From positions 70,659 to 134,658 of the forward strand of contig JAPLXZ010000010.1 in assembly GCA_026395815.1 (NCBI GenBank): 64,000 bases of DNA. Direction: 5' to 3'. The stretch comes from Candidatus Pacearchaeota archaeon (GTDB lineage: Archaea > Nanobdellota > Nanobdellia > Pacearchaeales > GW2011-AR1). Positions 56,658 through 64,000 of the stretch are shown here, in pieces. Below the pieces are notes generated by a model that worked only from the letters and a program-made list of their open reading frames with translations, searched no databases and was not told the DNA's origin. Each line of letters begins with the position of its first letter. The stretch's first letter is position 1. The translations under genes and the position numbers were made by a program.

Positions 56658-56858
56658 ACAGAAGTTAAATATAAAGATTTTTGCAAAGAAAGTGGATGTA
56701 GATTATATGGACTTTTAACAAAAGTAAATTCATTTGAAAATCCTTCCCCCCTAGTAATAGTTCAAAAAGAAGTTATTGAAAGAAGATGTAAAGAAAATTG
56801 CGAGCATACAGCACATGAACTCTATGAATGGTTAAAATCAAGAAGAACTATTGATTAA
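56655..56858 (+). CDS. 67-aa Cys/His-rich protein (MTEVKYKDFCKESGCRLYG...CKENCEHTAHE...)
   Basis: The start overlaps the mini-ORF stop (ATGA). The longer track N-terminus reads through the leader element. Confidence 0.5.
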   Translation: MTEVKYKDFCKESGCRLYGLLTKVNSFENPSPLVIVQKEVIERRCKENCEHTAHELYEWLKSRRTID

Positions 56859-57844
56859 ACTTCATTAGGTTTTATCTTCATATCTTCCTTGCTCGTGCCA
56901 AGAAGCACAACCCTGCTTTCTTTTTTCTCATCAAGCACTTTATATTCAGGAAGAAATTTTAATAGCTTATTTGAAAAATCAACAATATCTTCGTGATAGG
57001 GCATCTTGTTGTAGGCAATTCTTTGATTTGCAAATCCAACACACATAAATGCTTTCACTTCAACAAACATTGGATTTGCTTTGATTATTAATTTCGCATA
57101 ATTTTCTAAATCTGTCATGTTCATGTCAAGAATGAGGTTCATTCTGAAAACTGTTCTGGTTTTTCCTTTTAGTTTTGCCATGATTTCTAAACTTTTGTTT
57201 AGTCTTTCCCATGCATCTTTTTTTGAGCTCCTGTGAACTTTATTGTAAATTTCTTTATTAGGAGCATTTACAGAGATGTATAACTGCGTTGGAAGCTGTT
57301 TCTTTTTTTCCAACTCACTAATCTTGTTTGGATATAGCCCATTTGTAACAAGAAAACTTGTTTTTCCTCTTTTTCTTAATTCTTCAATAAGCCCTCCAAC
57401 ATATTTGTATGTCATTGGCTCGCCAGAAAGAGAGATAGCAAATTGCATTGGCTCCTGCGCTTCTTTGAATTTCTTCATATTTGCTTTGCTTAGTTGTTTT
57501 TTCTTTGAATTTTTGTCAACCTTAAATCCGCTTAATAATATTTTCTGAGCATTTATGCACCCATCAATAATATCTTTTGGAGAATCAACTTTCCCTTTAA
57601 GCTCGTTGTCTATTGTAAGTTCAATTGCTCTCCAGCAATGCAGGCATCTATTAGGACACCACATTACAGCAGGAGACATCTGGCAGCATAAATGCGACTT
57701 TATTCCGTAAAATTGTTCTTTATAGCAAACTCCCTCGTCTCTAAGGGACTTCTTTGTCCACATGCACACTTGCACAGCAGAATGCTTTCCAACTATAGAG
57801 TAATGCTGCCTTTTCAAAACCTTTTTTACATTTTCTGGAATCAT
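56855..57844 (-). CDS. taw1: tRNA 4-demethylwyosine synthase (Taw1/TYW1 radical SAM)
   Basis: CPNRCLHCWR cluster and a family-typical N-terminus. Confidence 0.8.
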   Translation of the reverse strand: MIPENVKKVLKRQHYSIVGKHSAVQVCMWTKKSLRDEGVCYKEQFYGIKSHLCCQMSPAVMWCPNRCLHCWRAIELTIDNELKGKVDSPKDIIDGCINAQKILLSGFKVDKNSKKKQLSKANMKKFKEAQEPMQFAISLSGEPMTYKYVGGLIEELRKRGKTSFLVTNGLYPNKISELEKKKQLPTQLYISVNAPNKEIYNKVHRSSKKDAWERLNKSLEIMAKLKGKTRTVFRMNLILDMNMTDLENYAKLIIKANPMFVEVKAFMCVGFANQRIAYNKMPYHEDIVDFSNKLLKFLPEYKVLDEKKESRVVLLGTSKEDMKIKPNEV

Positions 57845-57885
57845 GAAAACAACAGCAGAAAAAAGAATTTAAACCTTTCTTGTAA

Positions 57886-59316
57886 CTATTTAACAAACAT
57901 GTTAATTGCCCAAAAAATCATGATAACAGCTAATAAAAGAAGGAATAGGTATGTCATGAATGAAAACACTTTCTTTGCCACAGATTCTCTTTTTGTTATT
58001 CCAAGTACAGCCAAATAGAAAAATCTCCCACCATCAAAAATTCCAACAGGCAGCATATTTACTAATGCCACACTAAAGCAGATTAATACAAGCCACCAAA
58101 GCAAATCGTAGATGAATTCTCCAGCAGCAAATATTGGTTTGTAATATATATTAGGATTCTTAAATGAAGTAAAAAACCCGATTATCTTGTAGATAACGCT
58201 GCCTTCTTCTCTATTCATAAAACCAACTCCAAGATAAGGCAAGGTTTCATTGTTAGGATTTTTTCCAAGAATTACTTCATAAACTTTTTCCTGTTCGTTT
58301 GAAATTGTTGTGACTGTTATTTTACTTCCAGGAAAGTATTTTAACAATTCTTCTCCCATTTTTTCCCTGCTTTTTACACTTATCCCATTAACCTTTATGA
58401 TTGTATTTTCCAATTGAGCTTTTATTGCAGGAGCGTCATCATATAAGAAAACATATTTTTCACTATTTCCTTGTTGCTCTAAGAAGCTTTTTGTTGCTAA
58501 GTATGTTAAATCGCCTGTTTTAACCTCATTAATTCCTGTTTCATTAAGCAAGCTCAAAACAGAACTGTATGATGGATTTTCTAAAGCAAAGTTATTCACA
58601 GAAGTTATCGCAGATATTCCGACTATTGAATAGGTATATGTGTCGAAAATTGTTCCTGAAGGAGCAAATACAAGAGAAAAGAAAGCAAACAAAACCAAGA
58701 AAGACAAGATTCCTGTTAGGACATTTGCAAAAGTTCCTGAAGAAAGAACAACCATTTGAGGCAGGATTTTCTTTTTAACCATCCTCTTTTCGTCTAATTC
58801 AACAAAAGCAGCCAAAAAAATCGGTAAGAAAAACGGGAAAAATCCAAATCCTGTGCTTTTTACTTTAATCTTCTTATGTACAGCAAAAATACCGTGTGCA
58901 AACTCATGGAATATAGCAACTACTGCGATAATTATTATCCAATATGTAAAATAAAAAGGAGGTAGAAAACTTAATTTGAATAATTGAGGTAAATATGGGA
59001 GAAGAGGCATTATAGGAGGAACTTTAACCATACGTATTATCTCTGCCTGAAAAATATACATCCAAACAATTCTTCCAAAAAGATAAACCATGGTTCCCAT
59101 CAAAATAAATCCCAAGGCGATTGAGATGTATCCTAAAACATCCAATGTCTTTTTGTATTTCTTTCCAACATAATTTATCAGTTTAATTCCTAATCTAGTC
59201 TTGTAAAGAAAAAGAAGTTTTTCCCTCTTCAAATTTTTTCTTTTTAAATAAAGGAAAACTGATGTAAAAACTAAGAAAATTCCCAATAAAACCAAATCAT
59301 ACACCATAAAATTCAT
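57886..59316 (-). CDS. Site-2 protease (M50) with a PDZ-like insert
   Basis: HEFAHG and NMLPVGIFDGGRF motifs. Confidence 0.75.
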   Translation of the reverse strand: MNFMVYDLVLLGIFLVFTSVFLYLKRKNLKREKLLFLYKTRLGIKLINYVGKKYKKTLDVLGYISIALGFILMGTMVYLFGRIVWMYIFQAEIIRMVKVPPIMPLLPYLPQLFKLSFLPPFYFTYWIIIIAVVAIFHEFAHGIFAVHKKIKVKSTGFGFFPFFLPIFLAAFVELDEKRMVKKKILPQMVVLSSGTFANVLTGILSFLVLFAFFSLVFAPSGTIFDTYTYSIVGISAITSVNNFALENPSYSSVLSLLNETGINEVKTGDLTYLATKSFLEQQGNSEKYVFLYDDAPAIKAQLENTIIKVNGISVKSREKMGEELLKYFPGSKITVTTISNEQEKVYEVILGKNPNNETLPYLGVGFMNREEGSVIYKIIGFFTSFKNPNIYYKPIFAAGEFIYDLLWWLVLICFSVALVNMLPVGIFDGGRFFYLAVLGITKRESVAKKVFSFMTYLFLLLLAVIMIFWAINMFVK

Positions 59317-59491
59317 ATTATCACCATTATTTTTTTCTTAAAGGCCTAAAAGCATTCCTCTTGCATTTTCTGCATCTAACTTTTCCCTTTAAAATTTTTT
59401 GAGGATCAGACTTAATTTTAGTCTTACAATTTCTGCAAACGAAAACATTCTTGTATAGTCTGTTTGATGCTTCGATTATCTTTGCCATTTT

Positions 59492-59878
59492 TTACACTTT
59501 TCTTTTGATTATTTTTTCTCCTTCAACATCCCAATATTCAACATTTGAATTTACTTCAATTTCTTGCTTAACTTCTTCAGGACAATTAACTTCCAATGTT
59601 TCAAAACTCTCCAAATCCATAATGCTAATCTTTTCTCCTATTGAAAGAACCTGCCCCTTTCTTTTGTTTACTATTGGGACTTCTATTCTTTCATGCCCCG
59701 GGACAACAAAAACTTTTTTTTGTCCAGAGATTATTCCAGCAGCTTCAACTCTTGCTTTGCTGTGTCCGTGCTTTCCTGTTTTGCTTATATCAATTTTTTT
59801 TACAGTGCAGGATTCTCCTTCGAAAATTATGTTAGTACCCACCTTCATTTCAGTAGCATTAATTATCTTTAAGACCAT
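59492..59878 (-). CDS. Translation initiation factor 5A
   Basis: SKTGKHGHSKA hypusine loop. Start set at MVLKIINATEM. Confidence 0.85.
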   Translation of the reverse strand: MVLKIINATEMKVGTNIIFEGESCTVKKIDISKTGKHGHSKARVEAAGIISGQKKVFVVPGHERIEVPIVNKRKGQVLSIGEKISIMDLESFETLEVNCPEEVKQEIEVNSNVEYWDVEGEKIIKRKV

Positions 59879-59999
59879 TATGCAAAACTCCTGTTTTGTA
59901 TTTGTGCTGAAAACTTCCTGTTTTCTGTCATTATGCAAAATCTCCTAAATTTTGTATCCGCAACAAAGTGAAGACATTGAAAAATTTCCTGTTTTTCAT
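59876..59999 (-). repeat. Two tandem leader-element copies before aIF5A
   Basis: Mini-ORFs MKNRKFFNVFTLLRIQNLGDFA (59931-59999) and MTENRKFSAQIQNRSFA (59878-59931), each ending in TAATG. Confidence 0.65.
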
Positions 60000-60023
60000 A
60001 TATACTAAACCAAAAAAAATAGA

Positions 60024-60031
60024 TTTATAAA
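60024..60031. promoter_or_regulatory. Palindromic TATA box TTTATAAA shared by divergent units
   Basis: Centre lies ~26 nt from the FKBP ATG (60053) and ~28 nt from the first mini-ORF ATG (59999). Confidence 0.4.
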
Positions 60032-60052
60032 CATTTTCTATTAGAGATTAGG

Positions 60053-60718
60053 ATGGCATTAAAAGAAAAAGATTTTATTGAAATAGAATTTACAGGAAAA
60101 ATAAAAGATGGGGAAGTTTTTGATTCAAATATCAAGAAAGATTTGGAAAAATTAGATAAAACTGCCAAACCAAAACCATTTATTTTTTGTTTGGGAAAGG
60201 GAATGTTTTTGAAAGGAATAGATGATTTTTTGATTGGAAAAGAAATTGGAAAATACAAGATAGAACTCACCCCAGAAAAAGCCTTTGGCCCAAGAATTAA
60301 GGAGTTTGTTCAGATGATTCCTATAAAAATTTTTAAGACTCAGAATTTAGCTCCTGTTCCAGGGTCAGTTTTCAATTTCGATGGAAGGTTAGCAAAAATA
60401 ATTACTGTTTCTGGAGGAAGAGTAATAGTTGATTTTAACAACCCCCTAGCAGGAAAAACTGTCGTGTATGAAATTAATGTTCTAAGAAAAGTAGAAGACT
60501 TAAATGAAAAAATAAAAGCATTTATCTCTTTTTTATTTAAAAAGGAATTAAAATTCTCTGTAACAGACAAGAAGATAATAATTGAAGCAGAAAAAGAAAG
60601 CGCTAAATTTATTGAGGTTTTTGAAGAGAAATTCAAGGAAATGTTTAATCTTGGATTAGAAGTTAAGGAAATCAAGGAAAGCAAAGAACTCAATAAAAAT
60701 CCTAAAACACCACAATAA
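60053..60718 (+). CDS. FKBP-type peptidyl-prolyl isomerase
   Basis: DGEVFDSN...LGKGMFLKGIDDFLIGK motifs. Confidence 0.75.
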   Translation: MALKEKDFIEIEFTGKIKDGEVFDSNIKKDLEKLDKTAKPKPFIFCLGKGMFLKGIDDFLIGKEIGKYKIELTPEKAFGPRIKEFVQMIPIKIFKTQNLAPVPGSVFNFDGRLAKIITVSGGRVIVDFNNPLAGKTVVYEINVLRKVEDLNEKIKAFISFLFKKELKFSVTDKKIIIEAEKESAKFIEVFEEKFKEMFNLGLEVKEIKESKELNKNPKTPQ

Positions 60719-60749
60719 TTTTTATAAACAGACATAACCTTTTTTTAAC

Positions 60750-61856
60750 ATGGCAGAGATTTATAAAAAGGGGAGTTCAGCAATTCTTTCAGATATCACT
60801 CCAGAAATCAAAGAAATTGATAGGGAACTTGAAGAATTAATAAAGAAACAATCAGCAAAAATTAAAGTTATTGGTGTTGGCGGAGCAGGAGGAAACTCCT
60901 TAAGCAGAATGAAGGAAATTGGGATAAGAGGTGGAGAACTAATTGCGGTTAATACAGATGCTCAAGATTTATTATATGCAAACGCAGATCAAAAAATTCT
61001 TATTGGAAGGGAATTAACTCAAGGGCTTGGAGCAGGAAGCAATCCTAAAATAGGAGAACAAGCAGCAAGAGAATCTGAATCAGAAATCAAGAAAAAAATA
61101 GCCAATAGTGATATGGTATTCATAACTTGCGGAATGGGAGGAGGAACAGGAACAGGAGCCGCACCATTTATTGCGGCATTATCAAAGAAACAAGGTTCAT
61201 TAACTATTGGTGTTGTCACATTGCCGTTTACTATCGAAGGAAAGAAAAGAATAGAAAACGCAATGGACGGATTAGACAGGATGCAGTCTGTTGTAGATAC
61301 TCTTATTGTAATTCCAAACGACAAGCTTCTTGAACTTGCTCCTGAATTGCCATTGCACACCGCATTTAAGATAGCAGACGAAATCTTGACAAATGCTGTT
61401 AAAGGAATAACATAATTAGTAACAACAACAGGCTTGGTAAATCTTGATTTTGCAGACATTAAAGCAGTAATGATTGATGGAGGAGTTTCATTAATTGGAA
61501 TGGGCGAGTCTGATACAGGACAAAGGGCTGTTGAGTCTGTAGAAAAAGCAATTCAAAATCCTCTTTTGGACGTTGATATCTCTGGAGCAACAGGAGCCTT
61601 AGTCAATATAGTCGGTGGTCCTGATATGAGTTTAGAAGAATGCAAAAGGATTATAGAAACTGTTGGAAACAGATTAAGCAAGGAAGCGAAATTAATTTGG
61701 GGGGCACAGATTTCAGACGATATGGAGAAGTCAATCAGAGTTTTGTTGATAGTAACAGGAGTAAAAAGCTCCCAAATAATGGGACAGGGTGACAGCTTAG
61801 AAAAGATAAAACATAAGGAAATTGAAGAAGAATTAGGAATTGAGTTCTTTGAATAG
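60750..61856 (+). pseudogene. ftsZ: ftsZ interrupted by a single in-frame TAA (61413-61415)
   Basis: GVGGAGGN and [12 protein letters not shown] motifs lie upstream. LVTTTGLVNLDFADIKAVM continues in the same frame after the stop. Confidence 0.8.
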
Positions 61857-61905
61857 ATTATTGGGACATATAAATTCTTAAAAAGTTTACCATAAATAAA
61901 ATAAG

Positions 61906-62166
61906 ATGGTAAATAGAAAATTAAAAGATAAATATGAAAATGAAGTAACAGAAAGATTTTATATTTATTGTCCGATGATTTTTAAAGATACAGATGCAAG
62001 GTTAATTTATGTTATACCTCAGGAAGATAGAAGTATTATAATGGAAAATGATTATGGAAGACTTCATTTAAATAAGCCCAAATCATTTTCATTTGCAAGA
62101 AAATTAATTCCATTAGATAATCCTGGAGGAGTTATCAGATTTGCTCTCTCTAAACTTGAAAAATAA
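61906..62166 (+). CDS. Hypothetical 86-aa protein
   Basis: ORF only. Confidence 0.35.
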   Translation: MVNRKLKDKYENEVTERFYIYCPMIFKDTDARLIYVIPQEDRSIIMENDYGRLHLNKPKSFSFARKLIPLDNPGGVIRFALSKLEK

Positions 62167-62167
62167 A

Positions 62168-62410
62168 ATGGAAAAAGAAGATTTTTATAAAAAATTAAGT
62201 AATTATCCGGTAGGTTCTTTATTAAATCTGCAGTGGGATAGGGGAAATGGAACTCTTGAAAGACTGGTTAGATTTATTGGGTTTAAAGACGATTCTCCTT
62301 TATTATATTTTGATGGTGGAAGTCTTTTAGATATTGATAAGATTGGCGGTTATTCATCAATAATCTCTATTCAAAAAGAATGCCCCCATAAAGCATGTGT
62401 CTACTCATAA
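62168..62410 (+). CDS. Hypothetical 80-aa protein
   Basis: Start at MEKEDFYKK, at a TAAAATG junction with the previous ORF. Confidence 0.35.
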   Translation: MEKEDFYKKLSNYPVGSLLNLQWDRGNGTLERLVRFIGFKDDSPLLYFDGGSLLDIDKIGGYSSIISIQKECPHKACVYS

Positions 62411-62441
62411 ATCTTAAAAACCCCTGTTTTCTGTTTATTGT

Positions 62442-62624
62442 ATGGCAAAGGTATTTCATTCATTAGGTTCTTTTTTTGCAAAATGCAAAAGAGTCTGGCA
62501 GGTTTTGAAAAAGCCGAGCAAAGAAGAATTTGTAAAGATAGCAAAGGTTTCTGCAGTTGGAATTATGCTTTTAGGATTGCTTGGATTTATTATTTCTATA
62601 ATTATGAAATTGTTCAACGGATAA
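62442..62624 (+). CDS. secE: Protein translocase SecE/Sec61-gamma
   Basis: 60 aa; KPSKEEF motif plus a single C-terminal TM; lies upstream of spt5. Confidence 0.75.
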   Translation: MAKVFHSLGSFFAKCKRVWQVLKKPSKEEFVKIAKVSAVGIMLLGLLGFIISIIMKLFNG

Positions 62625-62654
62625 ATTTATAAATAATTTTTCTATAAATTCTCG

Positions 62655-63062
62655 GTGGCAAAAATAAGAACAACTAGTTATGATTTAACATGTTACGCTG
62701 GAGAATATGAAGATCTAATTAAAGCATTAAGTGAAATAGCTATCTCCCATGGAACAGAGGATAAATGGCAGTATTTTTTAATGCCTAAAGGAAAAATTAA
62801 GATTTCTCTTCTTGATAATAGATACGGGAGAAATACAAGAGGAGAATTAGAAGGAAGAGTTAGAATGGCAATCCAGAGAACGACTTTCAAAGAGCCAAGA
62901 TATGTTAGAAGAATTCTCAAAAGATTGGAAGGAGAATCGAATGCTGATGGAAGTTTTACTGAAAACGGAATAATTCAATTGCACCTTAAGGAAAATCATG
63001 AAGAATATAAGGAAGACCAAGAAAGATACAGAAAAAGAGAGTTTAACAATGAAAGAAAGTGA
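62655..63062 (+). CDS. Hypothetical 135-aa protein between secE and spt5
   Basis: GTG-start ORF; no family recognised. Confidence 0.35.
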   Translation: MAKIRTTSYDLTCYAGEYEDLIKALSEIAISHGTEDKWQYFLMPKGKIKISLLDNRYGRNTRGELEGRVRMAIQRTTFKEPRYVRRILKRLEGESNADGSFTENGIIQLHLKENHEEYKEDQERYRKREFNNERK

Positions 63063-63155
63063 TATTGCAAAAATTTATAAACCTCTCCTTTTAACTAATT
63101 ATATCTTTCTAAGATATTAAGTCTTAGACGGAGCTAAATAACTAAATAAACAAAA

Positions 63156-63608
63156 ATGATTTTCATAATAAAAGTAACAACGAATAAAGAAGAAAGAGTC
63201 GTTGATATGATATCTGAAAGAGCAGAGAAAAAACATCTGAATGTTTTTTCAGTTTTGCGTCCTCACGGCTTGAGAGGATATATTCTAATGGAAGCAGAAG
63301 ATAGAGAATCTGCAGAAGAAGCTGCATTTGACTTGCCTTATGTCAAGGGGATTATAGGAAAGACAATAAATTACGAGGAAATAAAAAACATGATTGAGCC
63401 TTCTGCAACAACAATTTCAATAAAAGAAGGAGACATCGTTGAATTGATAGCAGAACCATTCAAAAAAGAAAAGGCAAAAGTTTTAAGAATAGACAAACAG
63501 AAAGAAGAAGTTGTAGTGAGCTTGCTTGGGGCAGTTGTCCCATTGCCAGTTACAGTTAAATTGGATAATGTTAAAGTTATAAGACGTGAGGAAGAAGAAA
63601 ATCAATAA
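63156..63608 (+). CDS. spt5: Transcription elongation factor Spt5 (NusG)
   Basis: NGN domain plus KOW (GDIVELIAEPFKKEKAKVLRID). Confidence 0.85.
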   Translation: MIFIIKVTTNKEERVVDMISERAEKKHLNVFSVLRPHGLRGYILMEAEDRESAEEAAFDLPYVKGIIGKTINYEEIKNMIEPSATTISIKEGDIVELIAEPFKKEKAKVLRIDKQKEEVVVSLLGAVVPLPVTVKLDNVKVIRREEEENQ

Positions 63609-63609
63609 A

Positions 63610-63813
63610 ATGGAAATGAGTTTTTTTGTCAAACAAGAGAAATTGGATGAAACTAAAAAAGTAATAAGGAGTTTAAACTCCCTTAGATTTATGGGTAATC
63701 CTTCACCAGTTGGAAAAGAAGTTTATATTTCAATCTCAGGAGAAGTTAATGAGATGAATCAGTTTAGTAAATATTTATCTACAATTAGGAGTGGAAAAGA
63801 AAATGCAAATTAA
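63610..63813 (+). CDS. Hypothetical 67-aa protein between spt5 and rpl11
   Basis: Start at a TAAAATG junction with the spt5 stop; overlaps the rpl11 start by 11 nt. Confidence 0.35.
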   Translation: MEMSFFVKQEKLDETKKVIRSLNSLRFMGNPSPVGKEVYISISGEVNEMNQFSKYLSTIRSGKENAN

Positions 63814-64000
63814 ATTATTAGTTGAAGGCGGAAGCATGAAACCAGGGCCAGCACTAAGCCAAAAATTAGGTCCATTAGGCATAAATCTGAATCAAGTAAT
63901 AACAAAAGTAAACGAAGCGACAAAATCTTTTGATGGGCTAAAGGTTCCGGTTGAATTAAATGTAGATGCGTCTACAAGAGAGTTTGATGTGAAAGTCTTT
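63803..64000 (+). CDS. rpl11: Ribosomal protein uL11 (5' part; runs off the window)
   Basis: MQIKLLVEGGSMKPGPALSQKLGPLGINL. Confidence 0.85.
   Translation, partial: MQIKLLVEGGSMKPGPALSQKLGPLGINLNQVITKVNEATKSFDGLKVPVELNVDASTREFDVKVF

Noticed and set aside
61413-61415. Genome-wide reassignment of TAA to a sense codon, as an explanation for the two in-frame TAAs
   Set aside because: TAA is the apparent terminator of many well-delimited genes here (rpl23, rpl2, rpl14, rps14, rpl15, P1, gmhA and others), and their protein lengths match family norms. A global reassignment does not fit. Only local readthrough, mutation or error remain.

Overview
AT-rich (roughly 30% GC by eye) archaeal chromosome segment. 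The gene content (eL19, eL32, eS4, SUI1, aIF5A, Spt5, P0/P1, AglB) and tight gene packing suggest a small-genome DPANN-type archaeon; this is an inference. Layout: (i) 0-18.5 kb is a surface-glycan/N-glycosylation island with a nucleotide-heptose pathway, GT-C, GT2, CE4, B12-radical SAM, AglH-like and AglB genes. (ii) 18.5-21.7 kb is housekeeping. (iii) 21.7-35.7 kb is the minus-strand ribosomal-protein supercluster rpl3...rpl15-secY-DUF106. (iv) 36.5-39.5 kb holds a transporter and an AMP phosphorylase. (v) 39.6-51.9 kb is a ~12.3 kb integrated element in an intron-containing tRNA-Ser(UGA), bounded by a 13-bp direct repeat. It carries a tyrosine integrase and two C5-methyltransferase modules: one paired with an HNH nuclease, the other a PD-(D/E)xK + Vsr + Dcm + MORC-like GHKL ATPase block. 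(vi) 51.9-64 kb holds an XPD/DinG-like helicase, rpl1-rpl10-P1, Taw1, an S2P protease, aIF5A, FKBP, ftsZ and secE-spt5-rpl11. The most unusual signals are these. (a) A ~50-nt conserved leader element occurs in 10 clear plus 2 degenerate copies, with compensatory hairpin changes. It encodes 15-22 codon mini-ORFs whose starts and stops are coupled (ATGA, TAATG, TAAAATG) to the flanking translation-machinery genes. (b) Small ORFan genes are wedged into gene junctions that are normally uninterrupted (rpl22|rps3, rpl30|rpl15, secE|spt5|rpl11). (c) Single in-frame TAA codons interrupt ftsZ and the GHKL ATPase, with conserved protein sequence continuing downstream. (d) The GHKL/Vsr/Dcm/nuclease module sits on the integrated element. 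All calls come from reading the sequence and ORF translations by eye; no database search was run.
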